A stretch of 64,000 nucleotides of DNA from Euprymna scolopes (lineage: Eukaryota), in assembly GCA_053919585.1 (NCBI GenBank), contig CM132795.1. One strand, 5' to 3'. Below the pieces are notes generated by a model. That model saw only the letters and a program-made list of their open reading frames with translations, ran no database searches and had not been told where the DNA came from. Position 1 is the stretch's first letter. Every line of letters starts with the position of its first letter. Position numbers and translations under genes: made by a program. Below are positions 23,201 through 38,200 of the stretch, piece by piece.

Positions 23201-26200
23201 TGAAAAAAAAATGTTGTCGTGTGTGCTTTGATACGATTTTATTTTTAACGATATATTGAAAGTCTTGGAACTGATTGTTTCTGTTTTTTGAAAAAAATGT
23301 TGTCGTGTGTGCTTTGATACTATTTTATTTTTAACGATAAATGTAAAGTCTTGGAACTGATTGTTTCTGGGGTTTTTTTAAATGTTGTCGTGTGTGCTTT
23401 GATACTATTTTATTCTTAACCATAAATTGAAAGTCTTGGAACTGATTGTTTCTGTTTTTTGAAAAAAAATGTTGTCGTGTGTGCTTTGATACTATTTTAT
23501 TTTTAACGATATATTGAAAGTCTTGGAACTGATTGTTTCTGTTTTTTGAAAAAAATGTTGTCGTGTGTGCTTTGATACTATTTTATTTTTAACGATAAAT
23601 TGAAAGTCTTGGAACTGATTGTTTCTGTTTCTTGAAATACAATGTTGTCGTGTGTGCTTTGATACTATTTTATTTTTAACGATATATTAAAAGTCTTGGA
23701 ACTGATTGTTTCCGTTTTTGAAAAAACATGTTGTCGTGTGTGCTTTGATACTATTTTATTTTTAACGATAAATTGAAAGTCTTGGAACTGATTGTTTCTG
23801 TTTCTTGAAAAAAAATGTTGTCGTGTGTGCTTTGATACTATTTTATTTTTAACGATAAATTGAAAGTCTTGGAACTGATTGTTTCTGTTTTTTGAAAAAA
23901 AAATGTTGTCGTGTGTGCTTTGATACTATTTTATTTTTAACGATAAATTGAAAGTCTTGGAACTGATTGTTTCCGTTTTTTGAAAAAACATGTTGTCGTG
24001 TGTGCTTTGATACTATTTTATTTTTAACGATAAATTGAAAGTCTTCGAACTGATTGTTTCCGTTTTTTTAAAAAACATGTTGTCGTGTGTGCTTTGATAC
24101 TATTTTATTTTTAACGATTAATTGAAAGTCTTGGAACTGATTGTTTCTGTGTTTTGAAAAAAAATGTTGTCGTGTGTGCTTTGATACTATTTTATTTTTA
24201 ACGATAAATGCAAAGTCTTGGAAATGATTGTTTCTGTTTTTTGAAAAGAAATGTTGTCGTGTGTGCTTTGATACTATTTTATTTTTAACGATAAATTGAA
24301 AGTCTTGGAACTGATTGTTTCTGTTTTTAGAAAAAAAATGTTGTCGTGTGTGCTTTGATACTATTTTATTTTTAACGATATATTGAAAGTCTTGGAACTG
24401 ATTGTTTCTGTTTTTTGAAAAAACATGTTGTCATGTGTGCTTTGATACTATTTTATTTTTAACAATATATTGAAAGTCTTGGAACTGATTGTTTCTGTTT
24501 TTTGAAAAAACATGTTTTCGTGTTTGCTTTGATACTATTTTATTTTTAACGATAAATTGAAAGTCTTGAAACTGATTGTTTCTGTTTCTTTAAAAAAAAA
24601 AATTGTCGTGTGTGCTTTGTTACTATTTTATTTTTAACGATATATTGAAAGTCTTGGAACTGATTGTTTCTGTTTTTGGAAAAAAAAATGTTGCCGTGTT
24701 TGCTTATATACTATATTATTTTTAACGATAAATTGAAAGTCTTGGAACTGATTGTTTCTTTTTCTTGAAAACAAATTTGTCGTGTGTGCTTTGATACTAT
24801 TTTATTTTTAACGATATATTGAAAGTCTTGGAACTGATTGTTTCTGTTTTTTGAAAAGAAAATGTTGTCGTGTTTGCTTTGATACTATTTTATTTTTAAC
24901 GATATATTGAAAGTCTTGGAACTGATTGTTTCTGTTTTTTGAAAAAAAAATGTTGTCGTGTGTGCTTTGATACTATTTTATTTTTAACGATAAATTGAAA
25001 GTCTTGGAACTGATTGTTTCTGTTTTTTGAAAAAAAAATGTTGTCGTGTGTGCTTTGATACTATTTTATTTTTAACGATTAATTGAAAGTCTTGGGACTG
25101 ATTGTTTCTGTTTTTTGAACAAAAATGTTGTCGTGTGTGCTTTGATACTATTTTATTTTTAACGATAAATTGAAAGTCTTGGAACTGATTGTTTCTGTTT
25201 TTTGAAAAAAATGTTGTCGTGTGTGCTTTGATACTATTCTATTTTTAACGATATATTGAAAGTCTTGGAACTGATTGTTTCTGTTTTTTGAAAAAAAATG
25301 TTGTCGTGTGTGCTTTGATACTATTTTATTTTTAACGATAAATTGAAAGTCTTGGAACTGATTGTTTCTGTTTTTTGAAAAAACATGTTGTCGTGTGTGC
25401 TTTGATACTATTTTATTTTTAACGATATATTGAAAGTCTTGGAACTGATTGTTTCTGTTTTTTGAAAAAAAATGTTGTCGTGTGTGCTTTGATACGATTT
25501 TATTTTTAACGATATATTGAAAGTCTTGGAACTGATTGTTTCTGTTTTTTGAAAAAAATGTTGTCGTGTGTGCTTTGATACTATTTTATTTTTAACGATA
25601 AATTGAAAGTCTTGGAACTGATTGTTTCTGGGGTTTTTTTAAATGTTGTCGTGTGTGCTTTGATACTATTTTATTCTTAACCATAAATTGAAAGTCTTGG
25701 AACTGATTGTTTCTGTTTTTTGAAAAAAAATGTTGTCGTGTGTGCTTTGATACTATTTATTTTTAACGATAAATTGAAAGTCTTGGAACTGATTGTTTCT
25801 GTTTTTTGAAAAAAAATGTTGTCGTGTGTGCTTTGATACTATTTTATTTTTAACGATAAATTGAAAGTCTTGGAACTGATTGTTTCTGTTTCTTGAAAAA
25901 AAATGTTGTCGTGTGTGCTTTGATACTATTTTATTTTTAACGATATATTGAAAGTCTTGGAACTGATTGTTTTCGTTTTTTGAATAAACATGTTGTCGTG
26001 TGTGCTTTGATACTATTTTATTTTTAACGATAAATTGAAAGTCTTGGAACTGATTGTTTCTGTTTCTTGAAAAAAAATGTTGTCGTGTGTGCTTTGATAC
26101 TATTTTATTTTTAACGATAAATTGAAAGTCTTGGAACTGATTGTTTCTGTTTTTTGAAAAAAAAATGTTGTCGTGTGTGCTTTGATACTATTTTATTTTT

Positions 26201-29200
26201 AACGATAAATTGAAAGTCTTGGAACTGATTGTTTCCGTTTTTTGAAAAAACATGTTGTCGTGTGTGCTTTGATACTATTTTATTTTAAACGATAAATTGA
26301 AAGTCTTCGAGCTGATTGTTTCTGTTTTTTGAAAAAAAAATGTTGTCGTGTGTGCTTTGATACTATTTTATTTTTAACGATAAATGTAAAGTCTTGGAAC
26401 TGATTGTTTCTGTTTTTTGAAAAGAAATGTTGTCGTGTGTGCTTTGATATTTTTTTATTTTTAACGATTAATTGAAAGTCTTGGAACTGATTGTTTCTGT
26501 TTTTTGAAAAAAAATGTTGTCGTGTGTGCTTTGATACTATTTTATTTTTAACGATAAATTGAAAGTCTTGGAACTGATTGTTTCTGTTTTTAGAAAAAAA
26601 ATGTTGTCGTGTGTGCTTTGATACTATTTTATTTGTAACGATATATTGAAAGTCTTGGAACTGATTGTTTCTGTTTTTTGAAAAAACATGTTGTCATGTG
26701 TGCTTTGATACTATTTTATTTTTAACGATATATTGAAAGTCTTGGAACTGATTGTTTCTGTTTTTTGAAAAAACATGTTTTCGTGTTTGCTTTGATACTA
26801 TTTTATTTTTAACGATAAATTGAAAGTCTTGAAACTGATTGTTTCTGTTTCTTGAAAAAAAAAAATTGTCGTGTGTGCTTTGTTACTATTTTATTTATAA
26901 CGATATATTGAAAGTCTTGGAACTGATTGTTTCTGTTTTTGGAAAAAAAATTTATCGTGTGTGCTTTGATACTATTTTATTTTTAACGATATATTGAAAG
27001 TCTTGGAACTGATTGTTTCTGTTTTTTGAAAAAAAAATGTTGTCGTGTTTGCTTATATACTATATTATTTTTAACGATAAATTGAAAGTCTTGGAACTGA
27101 TTGTTTTTTTTTCTTGAAAAAAAATTTGTCGTGTGTGCTTTGATACTATTTTATTTTTAACGATATATTGAAAGTCTTGGAACTGATTGTTTCTGTTTTT
27201 TGAAAAAAAAATGTTGTCGTGTTTGCTTTGATACTATTTCATTTTTAACGATATATTGAAAGTCTTGGAACTGATTGTTTCTGTTTTTTGAAAAAAAATG
27301 TTGTCGTGTGTGCTTTGATACTATTTTATTTTTAACGATAAATTGAAAGTCTTGGAACTGATTGTTTCTGTTTTTTGAAAAAAAAATGTTGTCGTGTGTG
27401 CTTTGATACTATTTTATTTTTAACGATTAATTGAAAGTCTTGGGACTGATTGTTTCTGTTTTTTGAACAAAAATGTTGTCGTGTGTGCTTTGATACTATT
27501 TTATTTTTAACGATAAATTGAAAGTCTTGGAACTGATTGTTTCTGTTTTTTGAAAAAAATGTTGTCGTGTGTGCTTTGATACTATTCTATTTTTAACGAT
27601 ATATTGAAAGTCTTGGAACTGATTGTTTCTGTTTTTTGAAAAAAAATGTTGTCGTGTGTGCTTTGATACTATTTTATTTTTAACGATAAATTGAAAGTCT
27701 TGGAACTGATTGTTTCTGTTTTTTGAAAAGAAATGTTGTCGTGTGTGCTTTGATACTATTTTATTTTTAACGATAAATTGAAAGTCTTGGAACTGATTGT
27801 TTCTGTTTTTTGAAAAAAAATGTTGTCGTGTGTGCTTTGATACTATTTTATTTTTAACGATATATTGAAAGTCTTGGAACTGATTGTTTCTGTTTTTTGA
27901 AAAAAAAATGTTGTCGTGTGTGCTTTGATACGATTTTATTTTTAACGATATATTGAAAGTCTTGGAACTGATTGTTTCTGTTTTTTGAAAAAAATGTTGT
28001 CGTGTGTGCTTTGATACTATTTTATTTTTAACGATAAATGTAAAGTCTTGGAACTGATTGTTTCTGGGTTTTTTTTAAATGTTGTCGTGTGTGCTTTGAT
28101 ACTATTTTATTCTTAACCATAAATTGAAAGTCTTGGAACTGATTGTTTCTGTTTTTTGAAAAAAAATGTTGTCGTGTGTGCTTTGATACTATTTTATTTT
28201 TAACGATATATTGAAAGTCTTGGAACTGATTGTTTCTGTTTTTTGAAAAAAAATGTTGTCGTGTGTGCTTTGATACTATTTTATTTTTAACGATATATTG
28301 AAAGTCTTGGAACTGATTGTTTCTGTTTTTTGAAAAAACATGTTGTCATGTGTGCTTTGATACTATTTTATTTTTAACAATATATTGAAAGTCTTGGAAC
28401 TGATTGTTTCTGTTTTTTGAAAAAACATGTTTTCGTGTTTGCTTTGATACTATTTTATTTTTAACGATAAATTGAAAGTCTTGAAACTGATTGTTTCTGT
28501 TTCTTTAAAAAAAAAAATTGTCGTGTGTGCTTTGTTACTATTTTATTTTTAACGATATATTGAAAGTCTTGGAACTGATTGTTTCTGTTTTTGGAAAAAA
28601 AAATGTTGCCGTGTTTGCTTATATACTATATTATTTTTAACGATAAATTGAAAGTCTTGGAACTGATTGTTTCTTTTTCTTGAAAACAAATTTGTCGTGT
28701 GTGCTTTGATACTATTTTATTTTTAACGATATATTGAAAGTCTTGGAACTGATTGTTTCTGTTTTTTGAAAAAAAAATGTTGTCGTGTTTGCTTTGATAC
28801 TATTTTATTTTTAACGATATATTGAAAGTCTTGGAACTGATTGTTACTGTTTTTTGAAAAAAAAATGTTGTCGTGTGTGCTTTGATACTATTTTATTTTT
28901 AACGATAAATTGAAAGTCTTGGAACTGATTGTTTCTGTTTTTTGAAAAAACATGTTGTCGTGTGTGCTTTGATACTATTTTATTTTTAACGATTAATTGA
29001 AAGTCTTGGGACTGATTGTTTCTGTTTTTTGAACAAAAATGTTGTCGTGTGTGCTTTGATACTATTTTATTTTTAACGATAAATTGAAAGTCTTGGAACT
29101 GATTGTTTCTGTTTTTTGAAAAAAAATGTTGTCGTGTGTGCTTTGATACTATTCTATTTTTAAAGATATATTGAAAGTCTTGGAACTGATTGTTTCTGTT

Positions 29201-32200
29201 TTTTGAAAAAAAATGTTGTCGTGTGTGCTTTGATACTATTTTATTTTTAACGATAAATTGAAAGTCTTGGAACTGATTGTTTCTGTGTTTTGAAAAAACA
29301 TGTTGTCGTGTGTGCTTTGATACTATTTTATTTTTAACGATATATTGAAAGTCTTGGAACTGATTGTTTCTGTTTTTTGAAAAAAAAATGTTGTCGTGTG
29401 TGCTTTGATACGATTTTATTTTTAACGATATATTGAAAGTCTTGGAACTGATTGTTTCTGTTTTTTGAAAAAAATGTTGTCGTGTGTGCTTTGATACTAT
29501 TTTATTTTTAACGATAAATTGAAAGTCTTGGAACTGATTGTTTCTGTTTTTTGAAAACAAAATGTTTCGTGTGTGCTTTGATACTATTTTATTTTTACGA
29601 TATATTGAAAGTCTTGGAACTGATTGTTTCTGTTTCTTGAAAAAACATGTTGTCGTGTGTGCTTTGATACTATTTTATTTTTAACGATATATTCAAAGTC
29701 TTGGAACTGATTGTTTCTGTTTTTTGAAAAAAAAATGTTGTCGTGTGTGCTTTGATACTATTTTATTTTTAACGATATATTGAAAGTCTTGTAACTAATT
29801 GTTTCTGTTATTTGAAAAAAAATGTTGTCGTGTGTGCTTTGATATTATTTTATTTTTAACGATAAATTGAAAGTCTTGGAACTGATTGTTTCTGTTTTTT
29901 GAAAAAACATGTTGTCGTGTGTGGTTTGATGCTATTTTATTTTTAACGATAAATTGAAAGTCTTGGAACTTATTATTTCTGTTTTTTGAAAAAAAATTTT
30001 GTCGTGTGTGCTTTGATACTACTTTATTTTTAACGATAAATTGAAAGTCTTGGAACTGATTGTTTCTGTTTTTTGAAAAAAAAATGTTGTCGTCTGTGCT
30101 TTGATACTATTTTATTTTTAACGATAAATTGCAAGTCTTGGAACTGATTGTTTCTGTTTTTTGAAAAAAAATGTTGTCGTGTGTGTTTTGATACTATTTT
30201 ATTTTTAACGATATATTGAAAGTCTTGGAACTGATTGTTTCTGTTTTTTGAAAAAACATGTTGTCATGTGTGCTTTGATACTATTTTATTTTTAACGATA
30301 TATTGAAAGTCTTGGAACTGATTGTTTCTGTTTTTTGAAAAAACATGTTGTCGTGTGTGCTTTGATACTATTTTATTTTTAACGATAAATTGAAAGTCTT
30401 GGAACTGATTGTTTCTGTTTTTTGAAAAAAAAATTTGTCGTGTGTGCTTTGATACTATTTTATTTTTAACGATATATTCAAAGTCTTGGAACTGATTGTT
30501 TCTGTTTCTTGAAAAAAAATGTTGTCGTGTGTGCTTTGTTACTATTTTATTTTAAACGATATATTGAAAGTCTTGGAACTGATTGTTTCTGTTTTTGGAA
30601 AAAAAATGTTGTCGTGTTTGCTTATATACTATTTTATTTTTAACGATAAATTGAAAGTCTTGGAACTGATTGTTTCTGTTTCTTGAAAAAAAATGTTATC
30701 GTGTGTGCTTTGATACTATTTTATTTTTAAGGATATATTGTAAGACTTGGAACTGATTGTTTCTGTTTTTTGAAAAAAATATGTTGTCGCGTTTGCTTTG
30801 ATACTATTTCATTTTTTACGATATATTGAAAGTCTTGGAACTGATTGTTTCTGTTTCTTGAAAAAAAAAGGTTGTCGCGTGTGCTTTGATACTATTTTAT
30901 TTTTAACGATATATTGAAAGTCTTGGAACTGATTGTTTCTGTTTTTTGAAAAAAAATGTTGTCGTGTGTGCTTTGATACTATTTTATTTTTAACGATAAA
31001 TTGAAAGTCTTGGAACTGATTGTTTCTGTTTTTTGAAAAAAAATGTTGTCGTGTGTGCTTTGATACTATTTTATTTTTAACGATAAATTGAAAGTCTTGG
31101 AACTGATTGTTTCTGTTTTTTGAAAAAAATGTTGTCGTGTGTGCTTTGATACTATTTTATTTTTAACGATAAATTGAAAGTCTTGGAACTGATTGTTTCT
31201 GTTTTTTGAAAAAACATGTTGTCGTGTGTGCTTTGATACTATTTTATTTTAACGATAAATTCAAAGTCTTGGAACTGATTGTTTCTGTTTTTTGAAAAAA
31301 AATGTCGTGTGTGCGTTGATACTATTTTATTTTTAACGATATATTGAAAGTCTTGGAACTGATTGTTTCTGTTTCTTGAAAAAAAAATTTGTCGTGTGTG
31401 CTTTGATACTATTTTATTTTTAACGATATATTGAAAGTCTTGGAACTGATTGTTTCTGTTTTTTGAAAAAAAAATGTTGTCGTGTGTGCTTTGATACTAT
31501 TTTATTTTGAACGATATATTGAAAGTCTTGGAACTGATTGTTTCTGTTTTTTGAAAAAAACTGTTGCGTGTGTGCTGTGATACTATTTTTTTTTTAACGA
31601 TAAATTGAAAGTCTTGGAACTGATTGTTTCTGTTTTTTGAAAAAAAATGTTGTCGTGTGTGCTTTGATACTATTTTTTTAACGATATATTTAAAGTCTTG
31701 GAACTAATTGTTTCTGTTTTTTGAAAAAATATGTTGTCGTGTGTGCTTTGATACTATTTTATTTTCAACGATATATTGAAAGTCTTGGAACTGATTGTTT
31801 CTGTTTTTTGAAAAAAAAATGTTGTCGTGTGTGCTTTGATACTATTTTATTTTTAACGATATATTGAAAGTCTTGGAACTGATGTTTTCTGTTCTTGAAA
31901 AAACATGTTGTCGTGTGTGCTTTGTTACTATTTTATTTTTAACGATATATTGAAAGTCTTGGAACTGATTGTTTCTGTTTTTTGAAAAAAAAATGTTGTC
32001 GTGTGTGCTTTGATACTATTTTATTTTTAACGATAAATTGAAAGTCTTGGAACTGATTGTTTCTGTTTCTTGAAAAAACATGTTGTCGTGTGTGCTTTGA
32101 TACTATTTTATTTTTAACGATATATTGAAAGTCTTGGAACTGATTGTTTCTGTTTTTTGAAAAAAAATGTTGTCGTGTGTGCTTTGATACTATTTTATTT

Positions 32201-35200
32201 TTAACGATATATTGAAAGTCTTGGAACTGATTGTTTCTGTTTTTTGAAAAAAAAATGTTGTCGTGTGTGCTTTGATACTATTTTTTTTTTAACGATATAT
32301 TGGAAGTCTTGGAACTGATTGTTTCTGTTTCTTGAAAAAAAATGTTGTCGTGTGTGCTTTTATACTTTTTTATTTTTAACGATATATTGAAAGTCTTGGA
32401 ACTGATTGTTTCTGTTTCTTGAAAAAACATGTTGTCGCGTGTGCTTTGATACTATTTTATTTTTAACGATAAATTGAAAGTCTTGGAACTGATTGTTTCT
32501 GTTTTTTTTTAAAACATGTCGTCGTGTGTGCTTTGATACTATTTTATTTTTAACGATAAATTGCAAGTCTTGGAACTGATTGTTTCTGTTTTTTGAAAAA
32601 AAATGTTGTCGTGTCTGCTTTGATACTATTTTATTTTTAACGATAAATTGAAAGTCTTGGAACTGATTGTTTCTGTTTTTTGAAAAAAATGTTGTCGTGT
32701 GTGCTTTGATACTATTTTTTTTTTAACGATACATTGAAAGTCTTGGAACTGATTGTTTCTGTTTTTTGAAAAAACATGTTGTCGTGTGTGCTTTGATACT
32801 ATTTTATTTTTAACGATAAATTGAAAGTCTTGGAACTGATTGTTTCTGTTTTTTTGAAAAAACATGTCGTGTGTGCTTTGATACTATTTTATTTTTAACG
32901 ATATATTGAAAGTCCCTGAACTGATTGTTTCTGTTTCTTGAAAAAAAATTTTGTCGTGTGTGCTTTGATACTATTTTATTTTTAACGATATATTGAAAGT
33001 CTTGGAAATGATTGTTTCTGTTTTTTGAAAAAAAAATGTTATCGTGTGTGCTTTGATACTATTTTATTTTTAACGATATATTGAAAGTCTTGGAACTGAT
33101 TGTTTCTGTTTTTTGAAAAAAATATGTTGTCGCGTTTGCTTTGATACTATTTCATTTTTTACGATATATTGAAAGTCTTGGAACTGATTGTTTCTGTTTC
33201 TTGAAAAAAAAAGGTTGTCGCGTGTGCTTTGATACTATTTTATTTTTAACGATAAATTGAAAGTCTTGGAACTGATTGTTTCTGTTTTTTGAAAAAAAAT
33301 GTTGTCGTGTGTGCTTTGATACTATTTTATTTTTAACGATAAATTGCAAGTCTTGGAACTGATTGTTTCTGTTTTTTGAAAAAAAATGTTGTCGTGTGTG
33401 CTTTGATACTATTTTATTTTTAACGATAAATTGAAAGTCTTGGAACTGATTGTTTCTGTTTTTTGAAAAAAAATGTTGTCGTGTGTGCTTTGATACTATT
33501 TTATTTTTAACGATAAAATGAAAGTCTTGGAACTGATTGTTTCTGTTTTTTGAAAAAACATGTTGTCGTGTGTGCTTTGATACTATTTTATTTTTAACGA
33601 TAAATTGAAAGTCTTGGAACTGATTGTTTCTGTTTTTTTGAAAAAAAATGTCGTGTGTGCTTTGATACTATTTTATTTTTAACGATATATTGAAAGTCTT
33701 GGAACTGATTGTTTCTGTTTCTTGAAAAAAAAATTTGTCGTGTGTGCTTTGATACTATTTTATTTTTACGATATATTGAAAGTCTTGGAACTGATTGTTT
33801 CTGTTTTTTGAAAAAAAAATGTTGTCGTGTGTGCTTTGATACTATTTTATTTTTAACGATATATTGAAAGTCTTGGAACTGATTGTTTCTGTTTTTTGAA
33901 AAAAAATGTTGTCGTGTGTGCTTTGATACTATTTTATTTTTAACGATAAATTGAAAGTCTTGGAACTGATTGTTTCTGTTTTTTGAAAAAAAATGTTTTG
34001 TGTGCTTTGATACTATTTTTTTAACGATATATTTAAAGTCTTGGAACTGATTGTTTCTGTTTTTTGAAAAAATATGTTGTCGTGTGTGCTTTGATACTAT
34101 TTTATTTTTAACGATATATTGAAAGTCTTGGAACTGATTGTTTCTGTTTTTTGAAAAAAAAATGTTGTCGTGTGTGCTTTGATACTATTATATTTTTAAC
34201 GATATATTAAAAGTCTTGGAACTGATGTTTTCTGTTTCTTGAAAAAACATGTTGTCGTGTGTGCTTTGTTACTATTTTATTTTTAACGATATATTGAAAG
34301 TCTTGGAACTGATTGTTTCTGTTTATTAAAAAAAAAATGTTGTCGTGTGTGCTTTGATACTATTTTATTTTTAACGATAAATTGAAAGTCTTGGAACTGA
34401 TTGTTTCTGTTTCTTGAAAAAACATGTTGTCGTGTGTGCTTTGATACTATTTTATTTTTTACGATATATTGAAAGTCTTGGAACTGATTGTTTTTGTTTT
34501 TTGAAAAGAAATGTTGTCGTGTGTGCTTTGATACTATTTTATTTTTAACGATATATTGAAAGTCTTGGAATTGATTGTTTCTGTTTTTTGAAAAAAAAAT
34601 GTTGTCCTGTGTCCTTTGTTACTATTTTATTTTTAACGATATATTGGAAGTCTTGGAACTGATTGTTTCTGTTTCTTGAAAAAAAATGTTGTCGTGTGTG
34701 CTTTGATACTTTTTTATTTTTAACGATATATTGAAAGTCTTGGAACTGATTGTTTCTGTTTCTTGAAAAAACATGTTGTCGCGTGTGCTTTGATACTATT
34801 TTATTTTTAACGATAAATTGAAAGTCTTGGAACTGATTGTTTCTGTTTTTTTTTTAAAACATGTTGTCGTGTGTGCTTTGATACTATTTTATTTTTAACG
34901 ATAAATTGAAAGTCTTGGAACTGATTGTTTCTGTTTTTTGAAAAAAAAATGTTGTCGTGTGTGCTTTGATACTATTTTATTTTTAACGATATATTGAAAG
35001 TCTTGGAACTGATTGTTTCTGTTTTTTGAAAAAAAATGTTGTCGTGTGTGCTTTGATACTATTTTATTTTTAACGATAAATTGAAAGTCTTGGAACTGAT
35101 TGTTTCTGTTTTTTGAAAAAACATGTTGTCGTGTGTGCTTTGATACTATTTTATTTTTAACGATAAAATGCAAGTCTTGGAACTGATTGTTTCTGTTTTT

Positions 35201-38200
35201 TGAAAAAAAATGTTGTCGTGTGTGCTTTGATACTATTTTATTTTTAACGATAAATTGAAAGTCTTGGAACTGATTGTTTCTGTTTTTTGAAAAAAATGTT
35301 GTCGTGTGTGCTTTGATACTATTTTATTTTTAACGATAAATTGAAAGTCTTGGAACTGATTGTTTCTGTTTTTTGAAAAAACATGTTGTCGTGTGTGCTT
35401 TGATACTATTTTATTTTTAACGATAAATTGAAAGTCTTGGAACTGATTGTTTCTGTTTTTTTGAAAAAAAATGTCGTGTGTGCTTTGATACTATTTTATT
35501 TTTAACGATATATTGAAAGTCTTGGAACTGATTGTTTCTGTTTCTTGAAAAAAAAATTTGTCGTGTGTGCTTTGATACTATTTTATTTTTAACGATATAT
35601 TGAAAGTCTTGGAACTGATTGTTTCTGTTTTTTGAAAAAAAAATGTTGTCGTGTGTGCTTTAATACTATTTTATTTTTAACGATATATTGAAAGTCTTGG
35701 AACTGATTGTTTCTGTTTTTTGAAAAAAAATGTTGTCGTGTGTGCTTTGATACTATTTTTTAACGATATATTTAAAGTCTTGGAACTGATTGTTTCTGTT
35801 TTTTGAAAAAAAATGTTGTCGTGTGTGCTTTGATACTATTTTATTTTTAACGATATATTGAAAGTCTTGGAACTGATTGTTTCTGTTTTTTGAAAAAAAA
35901 AATGTTGTCGTGTGTGCTTTGATACTATTTTATTTTTAACGATATATTAAAAGTCTTGGAACTGATGTTTTCTGTTTCTTGAAAAAACATGTTGTCGTGT
36001 GTGCTTTGTTACTATTTTATTTTTAACGATATATTGGAAGTCTTGGAACTGATTGTTTCTGTTTCTTGAAAAAAAATGTTGTCGTGTGTGCTTTGATACT
36101 TTTTTATTTTTAACGATATATTGAAAGTCTTGGAACTGATTGTTTCTGTTTCTTGAAAAAACATGTTGTCGCGTGTGCTTTGATACTATTTTATTTTTAA
36201 CGATAAATTGAAAGTCTTTGAACTGATTGTTTCTGTTTTTTTTAAAAACATGTTGTCGTGTGTGCTTTGATACTATTTTATTTTTAACGATAAATTGAAA
36301 GTCTTGGAACTGATTGTTTCTGTTTTTTGAAAAAAAAATGTTGTCGTGTGTGCTTTGATACTATTTTATTTTTAACGATATATTGAAAGTCTTGGAACTG
36401 ATTGTTTCTGTTTTTTGAAAAAAAATGTTGTCGTGTGTGCTTTGATACTATTTTATTTTTAACGATATATTGAAAGTCTTGGAACTGATTGTTTCTGTTT
36501 TTTGAAAAAACATGTTGTCGTGTGTGCTTTGATACTATTTTATTTTTAACGATAAATTGCAAGTCTTGGAACTGATTGTTTCTGTTTTTTGAAAAAAAAT
36601 GTTGTCGTGTGTGCTTTGATACTATTTTATTTTTAACGATAAATTGAAAGTCTTGGAACTGATTGTTTCTGTTTTTTGAAAAAATATGTTGTCGTGTGTG
36701 CTTTGATACTATTTTATTTTTAACGATAAATTAAAAGTCTTGGAACTGATTGTTTCTGTTTTTTGAAAAAACATGTTGTCGTGTGTGCTTTGATACTATT
36801 TTATTTTTAACGATAAATTGAAAGTCTTGGAACTGATTGTTTCTGTTTTTTTTGAAAAAAATATCGTGTGTGCTTTGATACTATTTTATTTTTAACGATA
36901 TATTGAAAGTCTTGGAACTGATTGTTTCTGTTTTTTGAAAAAAAAATTAGTCGTGTGTGCTTTGATACTATTTTATTTTTAACGATATATTGAAAGTCTT
37001 GGAACTGATTGTTTCTGTTTTTTGAAAAAAAAATGTTGTCGTGTGTGCTTTGATACTATTTTTTTTTTAACGATATATTGAAAGTCTTGGAACTGATTGT
37101 TTCTGTTTTTTGAAAATAAATGTTGTCGTGTGTGCTTTGATACTATTTTATTTTTAACGATAAATTGAAAGTCTTGGAACTGATTGTTTCTGTTTTTTGA
37201 AAAAAAATGTTGTGTGTGCTTTGATACTATTTTTTTAACGATATATTGAAAGTCTTGGAACTGATTGTTTCTGTTTTTTGAAAAAATATGTTGTCGTGTG
37301 TGCTTTGATACTATTTGATTTTCAACGATATATTGAAAGTCTTGGAACTGATTGTTTCTGTTTTTTGAAAAAAAAATGTTGTCGTGTGTGCTTTGATACT
37401 ATTTTATTTTTAACGATATATTAAAAGTCTTGGAACTGATGTTTTCTGTTTCTTGAAAAAACATGTTGTCGTGTGTGCTTTGTTACTATTTTATTTTTAA
37501 CGATATATTGAAAGTCTTGGAACTGATTGTTTCTGTTTTTTGAAAAAAAAATGTTGGCGTGTGTGCTTTGATACTATTTTATTTTTAACGATAAATTGAA
37601 AGTCTTGGAACTGATTGTTTCTGTTTCTTCAAAAAACATGTGGTCGTGTGTGCTTTGATACTATTTTATTTTTAACGATATATTGAAAGTCTTGGAACTG
37701 ATTGTTTTTGTTTTTTGAAAAAAAATGTTGTCGTGTGTGCTTTGATACTATTTTATTTTTAACGATATACTGAAAGTCTTGGAACTGATTGTTTCTGTTT
37801 TTTGAAAAAAAAATGTTGTCGTGTGTGCTTTGTTACTATTTTATTTTTAACGATATCTTGGAAGTCTTGGAACTGATTGTTTCTGTTTCTTGAAAAAAAT
37901 GTTGTCGTGTGTGCTTTGATACTTTTTTATTTTTAACGATATATTGAAAGTCTTGGAACTGATTGTTTCTGTTTCTTGAAAAAACATGTTGTCGCGTGTG
38001 CTTTGATACTATTTTATTTTTAACGATAAATTGAAAGTCTTGGAACTGATTGTTTCTGTTTTTTTTAAAAACATGTTGTCGTGTGTGCTTTGATACTATT
38101 TTATTTTTAACGATAAATTGAAAGTCTTGGAACTGATTGTTTCTGTTTTTTGAAAAAAAAATGTTGTCGTGTGTGCTTTGATACTATTTTATTTTTAACG